Origin: Bdellovibrionota bacterium
GTDB lineage: Bacteria > Bdellovibrionota_C > UBA2361 > JBGSMV01
Assembly: GCA_041739995.1 (NCBI GenBank)
Contig: JBGSMV010000031.1
Location: forward strand, 1 to 64,000
Direction: 5' to 3'
Length of the DNA: 64,000 nt
Shown here: positions 10,175-17,909 of the stretch, piece after piece
How the letters are laid out: each line of letters begins with the position of its first letter
Position numbering within the stretch: the stretch's first letter is position 1
The notes under the pieces: generated by a model
What the model was told of the DNA's origin: nothing
Database searches by the model: none
The model's input: only the letters and a program-made list of their open reading frames with translations
Made by a program: the position numbers and the translations under genes

Positions 10175-12076
10175 TCAGGAGCGTGGGACCCGAAGAGTCT
10201 GGCCCACCCGCACGATATCCCCACGCACCTTGTTTGCATCGCGAAGCGCCTGCACTGAAATTCGAAACTTCTGCGCTATTTTTCCGAGAGTGTCTCCTTT
10301 CCGGACTTTATAAGACAGATAGCTCTGTGGTGCTTGAGACGATCGGGAAGGAGCGCCGCTCGAAGCGCTGCGCGGGCCATCAACTACTAATTTTTGACCA
10401 ACCTGAATACGGTGCTCAGTAAGCTCATTTGTCCGCACCAGCGCTTCAACTGAAGTACCGTAGCGACGTCCTATCGCGTACAGCGTTTCGCCCGGACGAA
10501 CTACATGCAGAACCTCACTCCGGTCAGACAACTCTGTGGGACTGCTGTTTGACGTTCCTCTTTCTGGTTCAGTCGCGCGCTCACTACGTTCATGCTCTCG
10601 CTCTTTGATTCGAAGCATCTGCCCCACTCGAACAGTACTACTCCGCAAATTATTGAGTTCCATAAGGTGTGTGACCGAGACACCGTACCGCTTGCCAATC
10701 GCGCCCAGGGTATCGCCGCGACGAACCTTATAAACAAGGCCTCCGTATACTGAACTTGCGGCGGGTGCAGTCACCGAGGCAGCTCCTGATTCCGGAGCTC
10801 GCAAACTTGCTAACCGAATTCCGTATTCCTCTGGAACCCGCAGCACATAGCCCGCTGGAATAGCCGAACGTCCTTGCCAAACCCTATCAAGCAACGCGTA
10901 ATTGGCCTCCTTTAAACGTTCTACCGAGAGGCCAAGTTGCCGAGAGACGTGAGAGACGGACATGGAACGCGGCAGTCTGTATTCAGTTAAGCGCAAAGAT
11001 TTCTCAGGCACCGCATCAGGAAAAAGCACCTTTCGCTCGTCATAACATTCGACCGCCGCAAGAAATGACGGAAAGAAGTTGCTTGAGGCAAATCCGAAAG
11101 GCCTGTCCGTGGGGTGTTCTAACAACCTCACGATATCGGTAGTGCCAGCCTCTCGAACGCGCTTCAACACCCCCCCTACTCCGTGATTGTAGGACGTAAT
11201 CGCAAGAGGCCACGTACGTATCGATGAGTAAGCGGAGGAAAGATAGCGTGCCGACGCGTCAGTGGCTTTGATGGGATCTCGGCGCTCATCGACCACTGAG
11301 TTTACTGTCAATCGAAACTGCTTTCCTGTGCGCGGCATGAATTGCCAAATACCCGCAGCTCCAACGGAACTATAAGCAGCATAGTTAAAGGAGGACTCCA
11401 CAAAAGGAAGTCGCGTCAGTTCTATGGGGAGAGAATACTGATCAACAAAGATTCGCTCCATCGTGGGCAAATATCGCCCAGATCGTTGAATGGCCTCGAC
11501 CCATTTCTGTCGAATGCCAGACTGGCTTCGAACAAACTCGCCCTTCACCGTCCATTGAAAGACGTTACCTACTCCCTTTATTGGCGGCATCTTATCGGCA
11601 ATCAGCTGCTGCAATTCCGTCGTGGGAGCACCCCCCGCAGCTAAGGGCTTAAGCGCCACATAATACTGCTTGATTCGAGCATCGATTGCTTTTGATCGAT
11701 ATTTTTCAAAAAGGACTTCGCTCATCACCGCCGCTTCTTGGCGCAAATCCAATATCTCAAAAGTAATTTGAGGGTAGGCTCGATGGTGAATAGATATTTG
11801 ATTTTTCTCGTACTTGGCAAAGACGTCTTTCCAAAAATTCACCCGCGCGCGCAGTCCAGGAGGCGTGATGAATTCAGGATTCCTTTTAAACGATCGCGGC
11901 GCTGCCGATGCAACCTCGCTAGAGAACGCCTCAAGCAGCACAAGCGCACTTAGAGCGACGATCAATAGACGCGGGATCGATAAAGGGATTGAGCAGAAAT
12001 AACCGCTAATTGCGCGAGAGTATCGCAACAATCGAATCTTCAAGGCGATGAGCGTGATCCACTGACGTAATAGCAT
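10175..12076 (-). CDS. mltD: MltD-like lytic murein transglycosylase with C-terminal LysM domains
   Basis: SLT motifs LPFVESSFN, GAAGIWQFMP and SYNHG. Three LysM repeats (YKVRRGDTL, HVVRPGETL, YKVRKGDTL). The true start is probably downstream of 12076, because this start overlaps dacB by 71 nt. Confidence 0.88.
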   Translation of the reverse strand: MLLRQWITLIALKIRLLRYSRAISGYFCSIPLSIPRLLIVALSALVLLEAFSSEVASAAPRSFKRNPEFITPPGLRARVNFWKDVFAKYEKNQISIHHRAYPQITFEILDLRQEAAVMSEVLFEKYRSKAIDARIKQYYVALKPLAAGGAPTTELQQLIADKMPPIKGVGNVFQWTVKGEFVRSQSGIRQKWVEAIQRSGRYLPTMERIFVDQYSLPIELTRLPFVESSFNYAAYSSVGAAGIWQFMPRTGKQFRLTVNSVVDERRDPIKATDASARYLSSAYSSIRTWPLAITSYNHGVGGVLKRVREAGTTDIVRLLEHPTDRPFGFASSNFFPSFLAAVECYDERKVLFPDAVPEKSLRLTEYRLPRSMSVSHVSRQLGLSVERLKEANYALLDRVWQGRSAIPAGYVLRVPEEYGIRLASLRAPESGAASVTAPAASSVYGGLVYKVRRGDTLGAIGKRYGVSVTHLMELNNLRSSTVRVGQMLRIKEREHERSERATEPERGTSNSSPTELSDRSEVLHVVRPGETLYAIGRRYGTSVEALVRTNELTEHRIQVGQKLVVDGPRSASSGAPSRSSQAPQSYLSYKVRKGDTLGKIAQKFRISVQALRDANKVRGDIVRVGQTLRVPRS

Positions 12077-13499
12077 TTTGAAGAACTACAAAGGCGTATT
12101 TATTTCCACTTTGCCCAACCACGTAACCCGCGAGAGAGCTCACCCCATTAAGCGTACCGGTCTTTCCTCGTAACACCAACCCACTTGGATCGACGGGCCT
12201 GCGTTGCAAAGTCCCGCTCTTCTTACCCACCGCCAAAGAGCTCTCAAACTCAGGAGCAACCAACTGATTTTCTAGTCCCCGGAGCAAGAGCGCCAGGATA
12301 ATTCGAGCTGAGAGCCGATTATCATGACTTAACCCCGATGCGTCGCGAAGGACAAACTGCTCATCGCGAAACCCTAGGCTCCTCAAGAAGCTCTCCAGTC
12401 GGCGTAGCCCGCGCATCCGAGAAAAAGTGGCTCCTTCAGTCTGACCTATGGCAAACAAAATCTGTTCGGCAATGAAGTTATTACTAAAGTGGTTAAGATC
12501 ACGCACTATTTGCGAGAGCGGAGCGGATTGCTGGGTATATATCAAGTCTAGCGTTCCAGGGGTCTTCCCTTCTCTGGGATGCTCAGGAACCTTTACCCCG
12601 ACTGCCTTGAGCATCCCAAGAAAGGAGGCTCCAAATACTTTCGGCGGCGAGGGCATACTCCTATACACCGTACTACAACCCTGTCGGGACCCAATGTTCC
12701 CAGAGATTCGGTAAGTCGGTGCAGCACCATCCGTGCGAGATTTTCCTCCAATCGGATCTATGGCGAACGAACCTTTGGAGCCCTGACTGGTTCCTATACC
12801 CCCGACGAATGGAATGCGTAGCTCAAGCGGATCCACAATCACACTTGCGGGCTTACCGACCTGTCCAGGGCAGACTTCAAAACTAAAGGCATTATAATTA
12901 AAGGACAGCGCTGAGCTACCCGTTTGATAAGCTCGTGGCCCCGAGGCTCCGGACGACTCTTCAAAAAGCGAATCATCTACATAGAGCTGGTTTACCGACT
13001 CTATGCCACGCCGCCGAACAGCCCTTGCCATAGCCCACACAGTTTCGACGGTAAGACTCGGATCCCCTGCTCCTTGAACGTACAGACTACTCGCCTCACC
13101 AGTACGAGCGCGATCGGCAAAGACCCGCGTCGCAAAACGGTAGTTAGGACCTAACAATTCAAGTGCCGCTAACGATGAAAGCACCTTTAATACACTGGCG
13201 GGCTTCAACGCTTTATCAGGATTGAATGCAAAGGCCTCGCGACCGTTTGACACATCAAACACCATCACGGCCAGAGAGTCGCTTCCCCTTTGTGGAAGTA
13301 CCGCCCGAATACGTTCCGCCAGCTCTGTGCTACTTCGAATTTCTGCCGGGGGCTTGGAATCGAGTGCATGACCCTCTAACGAGATCAGCGTCGCTGCGAA
13401 AGCCAAACCTCCTAAGACGAGGAGTCTGGCACTGAGGGCAAAAGACATCACCTGCATCACCTCAGAATGCGGAGTTAACTGACGAACCGAAAGGCTCAA
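12006..13499 (-). CDS. dacB: D-alanyl-D-alanine carboxypeptidase/endopeptidase PBP4 (peptidase S13)
   Basis: SxxK (PASVLK), GAGDPSL, SxN (SNNFIAE), DASGLSHDN and KTG (GKTGTL); signal-peptide-like N-terminus. Start codon uncertain. Confidence 0.93.
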   Translation of the reverse strand: MSLSVRQLTPHSEVMQVMSFALSARLLVLGGLAFAATLISLEGHALDSKPPAEIRSSTELAERIRAVLPQRGSDSLAVMVFDVSNGREAFAFNPDKALKPASVLKVLSSLAALELLGPNYRFATRVFADRARTGEASSLYVQGAGDPSLTVETVWAMARAVRRRGIESVNQLYVDDSLFEESSGASGPRAYQTGSSALSFNYNAFSFEVCPGQVGKPASVIVDPLELRIPFVGGIGTSQGSKGSFAIDPIGGKSRTDGAAPTYRISGNIGSRQGCSTVYRSMPSPPKVFGASFLGMLKAVGVKVPEHPREGKTPGTLDLIYTQQSAPLSQIVRDLNHFSNNFIAEQILFAIGQTEGATFSRMRGLRRLESFLRSLGFRDEQFVLRDASGLSHDNRLSARIILALLLRGLENQLVAPEFESSLAVGKKSGTLQRRPVDPSGLVLRGKTGTLNGVSSLAGYVVGQSGNKYAFVVLQNAITSVDHAHRLEDSIVAILSRN

Positions 13500-13505
13500 A
13501 TCTTA

Positions 13506-13838
13506 CTATTTAGATGTACAACGAGCGCTATCGAGCTCAGCATCAGAGAGCCCTGCGGTTTCTTCTTCGTTGAGTTTGATGAATTCCTTCTGGTCTTCAG
13601 GCACGCCAGAATCCTCGTAGATGGCTTCGACCGGACACTCAGTCTCACAAGCGCCGCAGTTAATGCACTCGTCAGGATGAATCATCATCATCCCTTCGTC
13701 TTTGCCATTAGCAGGCTCTATCCCAAATTGGTCATTAAACTTCTTCTTCTTGATCCAATAGAAACAGTCTACTGGGCACACCTCAACACAGGAGCGATCA
13801 AGAGTGCCGATACATGCGCGCGTAACAACGTAAGCCAT
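13506..13838 (-). CDS. fdxA: 7Fe-type ferredoxin ([3Fe-4S][4Fe-4S])
   Basis: [11 protein letters not shown]...[12 protein letters not shown] and [22 protein letters not shown]. Confidence 0.9.
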   Translation of the reverse strand: MAYVVTRACIGTLDRSCVEVCPVDCFYWIKKKKFNDQFGIEPANGKDEGMMMIHPDECINCGACETECPVEAIYEDSGVPEDQKEFIKLNEEETAGLSDAELDSARCTSK

Positions 13839-13990
13839 AAGTAATACGTACCTGAATCAGGGCAAAAACACCGTCCAAAAATACGGCCACCCGCAGCACA
13901 GCAGAAAAGGCTCGCACGGGACTGTAAACACTTGAAATGTGTCTGAGGAGACAAGAAAACACAAGGGAATGGCAGAACGAAGGCAAAGAC

Positions 13991-14031
13991 AAAAAAAGGG
14001 GAGCAATTCAAACTTTTTTGAATCGCCCCCC
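13991..14031 (-). terminator. Intrinsic terminator on the minus strand
   Basis: Minus strand reads GGGGGGCGATTCAAA-AAAG-TTTGAATTGCTCCCC-TTTTTTT. The 15-bp stem is fully paired only on this strand (two G-U pairs) and is followed by U7. Confidence 0.85.
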
Positions 14032-14063
14032 TACTCGCAGAAAGGATGGTGTCATGCCTGTGA
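13991..14063 (-). ncRNA. Candidate small RNA (or fdxA leader/attenuator)
   Basis: Orphan terminator, an upstream TCAG-N15-GCCGACTT sigma28-like promoter (14070-14096) and an anti-SD-like CCATCCTTTCT. The 5' end is estimated. Confidence 0.4.
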
Positions 14064-14135
14064 TAAATAAAGTCGGCATTCGGCCAGAACATCTGATATT
14101 TCACGCCTAAATTTTTCTATTAATTTTGTATGTAT

Positions 14136-14148
14136 TATCAATGTGTTA
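14136..14148 (+). promoter_or_regulatory. IHF consensus-like site
   Basis: TATCAATGTGTTA matches WATCAANNNNTTR exactly and sits in an AT-rich intergenic patch. Confidence 0.35.
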
Positions 14149-14284
14149 TAGAATCTGCTCAAGTTTGACCTAGACTCCGTCGAGCGGGATAGCCTCCAAC
14201 GAAGCCTCAGGGCGTCGTAGGACGAGGTGACAGGTTGAATCGAGCTGAGTATACAGTTCGCTCGTGTTTTTGTGTGAGTTTAGT

Positions 14285-14356
14285 GGCCCGGTAGCCAAGT
14301 GGTAAGGCAACGGTTTGCAAAACCGTCATACCCCGGTTCAAATCCGGGTCGGGCCT
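14285..14356 (+). tRNA. tRNA-Cys (GCA)
   Basis: Acceptor stem GGCCCGG/TCGGGCC, D-loop AGTGGTAAG, anticodon arm ACGGT-TTGCAAA-ACCGT, T-arm GGTTCAAATCC and discriminator U. CCA is not encoded. Confidence 0.96.
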
Positions 14357-14390
14357 AATTCTCTACATCTTCAGCTTACGCTGAAGATCG

Positions 14391-14451
14391 CCGGCCCAAG
14401 CCGGATTTGAAAGCCCCGCAGTGATAATAGAGAAAATCCGGGTCGGGCCGG
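14391..14451. repeat. Inverted (14393-14411) and direct (14434-14449) copies of the tRNA-Cys 3' end
   Basis: GGCCCAAGCCGGATTTGAA matches the reverse complement of tRNA 14337-14355 at 17/19. AAATCCGGGTCGGGCC is identical to 14340-14355. Confidence 0.85.
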
Positions 14452-14653
14452 GAGCATCACAGCTCGCCACTCAGGGAAAAACATCCATTCTAGAAAGAAT
14501 ACAGCGAAGTTGTTCTCTATGCCGCCTAGAACGCCTCAATCATATAAGAAAATACCTCATCCCCATTTCTCTTTGCGCTCTGTTTTCTGAGGCGTTACTA
14601 TGAAAGTGGCTTTTTTCAAAAGCTAGAGTTCTCCATTAAAGTCAGAGTCCACT

Positions 14654-15268
14654 ATGAGTAACCTTCGAACCTCGCTCTCCGCTATTTTCGTTTTTGCAGC
14701 CTGTGCCGCCGGCATAGTTACTGGTGCCAGTACTTCTGAAGCGCAGAGTTCGACGCGCCAATGCGTTCGCACCGCGAACTCTGAGCGAGATTCGTGTACT
14801 GCCGTGTGCCGCGCGACCCGCTCAGATACAATCCTTAACTGCAGAGTCCCTAGCGGAGATTGTGGTGATCTCTGCAAGGCCGCCTTCTTGTCATGCATTG
14901 AACCGGTCTCCGAGACTAGAGACGCTTGCGTCGACAACTGTGAGCTCTCATTCGATGCCGCCCGCTCATCCTGTGCTACGACCTGCGCCTGTACTCAGGG
15001 AGTCGACTGCGGCTCGTCGTCTTGTTTTGGGGACTGTCTCGATGCCCCTACCATTGCGCGCGGAGCCTGTAAGATAGCTTGCTATAGACGAGGAGATATT
15101 AAGGAAGCACGAAGAGGCTGTGTAACTTCGCTCCGACGATGTTCCCGTGCATGTAGTCGAGGCGGTAGTAACAGCTCTTCGAGCAACTCTTCCTCTGACT
15201 CTTCAAATTCGGGCTCCTCGACTTCAAGCTCCTCGTCTTCAGGTACATCCTCCTCGGACGACGACTAA
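14654..15268 (+). CDS. Secreted cysteine-rich protein (CX3C repeats) with Ser-rich/acidic tail
   Basis: 204 aa. N-terminal signal peptide, 20 Cys in the mature region (many in CxxxC spacing), and a poly-Ser tail ending DDD. Confidence 0.8.
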   Translation: MSNLRTSLSAIFVFAACAAGIVTGASTSEAQSSTRQCVRTANSERDSCTAVCRATRSDTILNCRVPSGDCGDLCKAAFLSCIEPVSETRDACVDNCELSFDAARSSCATTCACTQGVDCGSSSCFGDCLDAPTIARGACKIACYRRGDIKEARRGCVTSLRRCSRACSRGGSNSSSSNSSSDSSNSGSSTSSSSSSGTSSSDDD

Positions 15269-15401
15269 TCGACGTCTCATATTGGGCGACACCTTGGCAT
15301 GATCGCCAAGAGGACCCTTTGGTTTATACTTGAGCGGCTGCTCAAGTACAGTTGTGGTGCTCAATGCGTAACTCCATCAGACTGGTCAAGGGAGAATATT
15401 G

Positions 15402-16052
15402 ATGAATTTCTGCCTCCGACTGCGAGAGCCCTTCTCGTCCGCTTCACATCTATTTGGAGCGCTCGCCGGGATAGTTGGAGCGATCTACCTGCTGTGCGAC
15501 TGTGATCAACATTGGTCCTCCGTCGTTACAGTCCTAGTTTACAGCCTCGCACTGATTTCTCTCTTTCTGGTGAGCGGCCTACTTCACGGACTGCATTGCT
15601 CCGCAGCTACTCTGGAAAAACTCGAGCGACTCGACTACGCAGCCATTTATTTGTTCATTGCCGGAACCTACACGCCGATTTGTCTGTTCGTAATATCTGG
15701 TCCGTTTGGAATATCGCTGTTAGTTGCTGAGTGGTTTCTTGCAGGGTTAGGCGCGTGGTTATCCCTCACCAGGGGCCCGCAGAGCCGCAACCTCCAGGTC
15801 TGCATCTACCTCGCCATGGGATGGGCCTTTCTGCTGCTCCTCCCTACCCTCTCACATGCGCTCTCGCCGCTGGCCTTCAATCTGTTAATTCTAGGCGGCA
15901 TGCTCTACTCGGTGGGTGCGGTCGTATTCATAATCAACTGCCCAAACCTCTTTAGAACCCGCTATTCAGCACACGAGTTTTGGCACGTCATGGTGCTCTT
16001 GGCGGGAAGTGCACACTATTTTGCCATCGCCCAAGTGATCCCGTCGTCATGA
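15402..16052 (+). CDS. Hemolysin III / PAQR-family membrane protein
   Basis: REPFSSASHLFG, SGLLHG, RLDYAAIYLFIAGTYTP, IYLAMGW and HEFWHVMVL; about 7 TM segments; SD-like AGGGAG upstream. Confidence 0.93.
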   Translation: MNFCLRLREPFSSASHLFGALAGIVGAIYLLCDCDQHWSSVVTVLVYSLALISLFLVSGLLHGLHCSAATLEKLERLDYAAIYLFIAGTYTPICLFVISGPFGISLLVAEWFLAGLGAWLSLTRGPQSRNLQVCIYLAMGWAFLLLLPTLSHALSPLAFNLLILGGMLYSVGAVVFIINCPNLFRTRYSAHEFWHVMVLLAGSAHYFAIAQVIPSS

Positions 16053-16218
16053 TGCAGCTTCGTTAAGCTGATCGCTGCCAGACTCATAATCTCGCCGTCC
16101 GGCTCGTTCAGCCTCACAATCTCACCCTCTTGCTCGTTCGAAGATTGCAGCAGAAAATGAGGAATCGTCCTTTTGGCGCTCAGCGGAGCCCCCTACTTTT
16201 GTATTCTTAAGCGCTTAG

Positions 16219-17076
16219 ATGAGAAAGGCAGCACAGTTTCAACTTTCACTCGACGGCACCCACATCACCTGCAAGCCTTTTCTTAAATGGGCTGGGGGAA
16301 AGACTCAGCTATTGCCACAATTACTCTCCCGCGTCCCTACCTCATTTGGTCGCTATTATGAGCCCTTTCTTGGTGGCGGTGCGCTGCTGCACGCGCTGCA
16401 ACCGCGCTCGGCCTTCGTCTCAGATATCAATCATGATTTGGTTAATTGTTACGAAGTGGTTCGAGATGAGGTCGAGCGACTGATCGTGAGCCTTCGCAAC
16501 CACCGCTACGAGAGCGAGCATTTCTATAGAATTAGAAATTCAGACCGATCCGCAACCTTTGCTCGTTGGTCCAAAGTGCGCAGGGCAAGCCGCTTTATCT
16601 TTCTGAATAAGACCTGTTTTAACGGACTGTATCGCGTGAACTCGAAAGGACACTTTAACGTGCCCTTTGGTCGCTACGACAATCCTACTATTCTAGACAC
16701 CAAGAACTTACGTGCCTGCAGTGAAATGCTCAGTGGTGTTTCTATCCAACAAGCTTCGTTTCTTGAGTTTGAGCGCAAGGCAAAGCGTGGTGATTTCGTC
16801 TACTTCGATCCCCCGTACGTGCCCCTAAGTGCCACCTCGTCTTTCACCAGCTATAGCGCTGACGGCTTCGGCTCAGAAATGCAGCGAGAACTTTTTCGCC
16901 TTTGTACCAGGCTGGACAGGCGTGGAGTGAAATTCATGCTTTCGAACTCGTCAGCACCGCTGGTCTCTGAACTATATCGTCGCTTTCGTATCGAACGGGT
17001 ACCCGCATCGCGTGCCATCAACTCAAAGTCGAGTGAACGCGGGAAAGTCATGGAATTGATCGTTCGAAATTACTAG
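16219..17076 (+). CDS. dam: Dam-family (D12 class) DNA adenine methyltransferase
   Basis: KPFLKWAGGK, EPFLGGG, LNKTCFNGLYRVN, DPPY and a C-terminal RAINSK...ELIVRNY. Confidence 0.92.
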   Translation: MRKAAQFQLSLDGTHITCKPFLKWAGGKTQLLPQLLSRVPTSFGRYYEPFLGGGALLHALQPRSAFVSDINHDLVNCYEVVRDEVERLIVSLRNHRYESEHFYRIRNSDRSATFARWSKVRRASRFIFLNKTCFNGLYRVNSKGHFNVPFGRYDNPTILDTKNLRACSEMLSGVSIQQASFLEFERKAKRGDFVYFDPPYVPLSATSSFTSYSADGFGSEMQRELFRLCTRLDRRGVKFMLSNSSAPLVSELYRRFRIERVPASRAINSKSSERGKVMELIVRNY

Positions 17077-17110
17077 GAGGGAAAGTACTAGGAGCCAAAG
17101 TACTAGGAAG
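17071..17110 (+). repeat. 15-bp tandem repeat (~2.7 copies) at the dam stop codon
   Basis: TACTAGGAGGGAAAG TACTAGGAGCCAAAG TACTAGGAAG. Confidence 0.8.
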
Positions 17111-17125
17111 CTGTGGCACAGACTC

Positions 17126-17734
17126 CTAGCGTTGCCACACCCCGCGTCGCTGGTTTCTCGCTTCCCGTTCAGCAAGTTCGAATTCCCGAGAATAGCGGGT
17201 GTTCACTCTATCGCTGTAGGACCACCCAAGGCCCTCACTGATCATCAACTTATTCACAGGTGAAGAGGCCCCTGGGACGAAGAGATAGACCAGATATCTA
17301 TCGAACTGATCCTGCGCACCTCTATCAAACTCAATCTGAACCTTTCTACCAGGAGGAAGAATCTGTTTAAGCCGAGCAGCGGCTAAAGTCCCAAGCTCAA
17401 GTAGTCTTTTTTCGCTAACTTTAAGCTTCTGGGCCTGTTTTTTTGCGCGGGCGCCACGTTGGACTTCGGGGGTATCGACTCCAATAAGGCGGTACTTTGC
17501 GCGTGTACCATTCGAATGTAGCCAGACGTTGTCGCCATCATAAACATGATCAACGACAGCTTCAATCCGCCCTAAGTCTACTTTAGACTCGGGCGCTCTT
17601 TGGGGAGAAGAAAGGCACCCACCAGAAAGTGCACCTCCTCCAATGGCTCCCACAAGGAGATAAAGACAGAGCAACGCCCGCCATGCACCTGTGTTCAACA
17701 ACATACCGAGCGCCCTTTTAAAGTCCCGCAGCAT
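17126..17734 (-). CDS. Thermonuclease (SNase-like), exported or lipoprotein
   Basis: VYDGDNV, RLIGVDTPE, DQFDRYLVYL, VNKLMISEGLG and AEREARNQRRGVW; hydrophobic N-terminus with LSGGC. Confidence 0.9.
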   Translation of the reverse strand: MLRDFKRALGMLLNTGAWRALLCLYLLVGAIGGGALSGGCLSSPQRAPESKVDLGRIEAVVDHVYDGDNVWLHSNGTRAKYRLIGVDTPEVQRGARAKKQAQKLKVSEKRLLELGTLAAARLKQILPPGRKVQIEFDRGAQDQFDRYLVYLFVPGASSPVNKLMISEGLGWSYSDRVNTRYSREFELAEREARNQRRGVWQR

Positions 17735-17909
17735 AGCTACGCTCCTTCTCCCTTACCGACACCTGAAAAAGTATCAGACCGTCATACGAGATGCTCTTAG
17801 AGCGAGACAGTTGAAACCAAGAAATATTTTTCGTCAGCGCCAGATCCGACATCTCCACACCGCCCCCGTCGATACCCATCTGTCCGTGAATACAAGTTAA
17901 AGGGCAATA

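Noticed and set aside
13769..14104. 111-aa and 64-aa minus-strand ORFs upstream of fdxA
   Set aside because: The longer one crosses a strong same-strand terminator; both overlap fdxA and have Phe/Cys-rich non-protein-like composition.
14340..14449. Intact genomic island or prophage integrated at tRNA-Cys
   Set aside because: The direct repeats are only ~80 bp apart, and no integrase or phage gene is present in the window.
17071..17110. CRISPR-like array (also considered at 172-239, 38464, 41328 and 51083)
   Set aside because: The units are 13-17 bp with 2-3 copies, there is no series of unique spacers, and no cas genes are present.
16219..17734. Dam plus nuclease as a restriction-modification pair
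   Set aside because: The nuclease is a convergently transcribed, exported SNase-family enzyme, not a restriction endonuclease.
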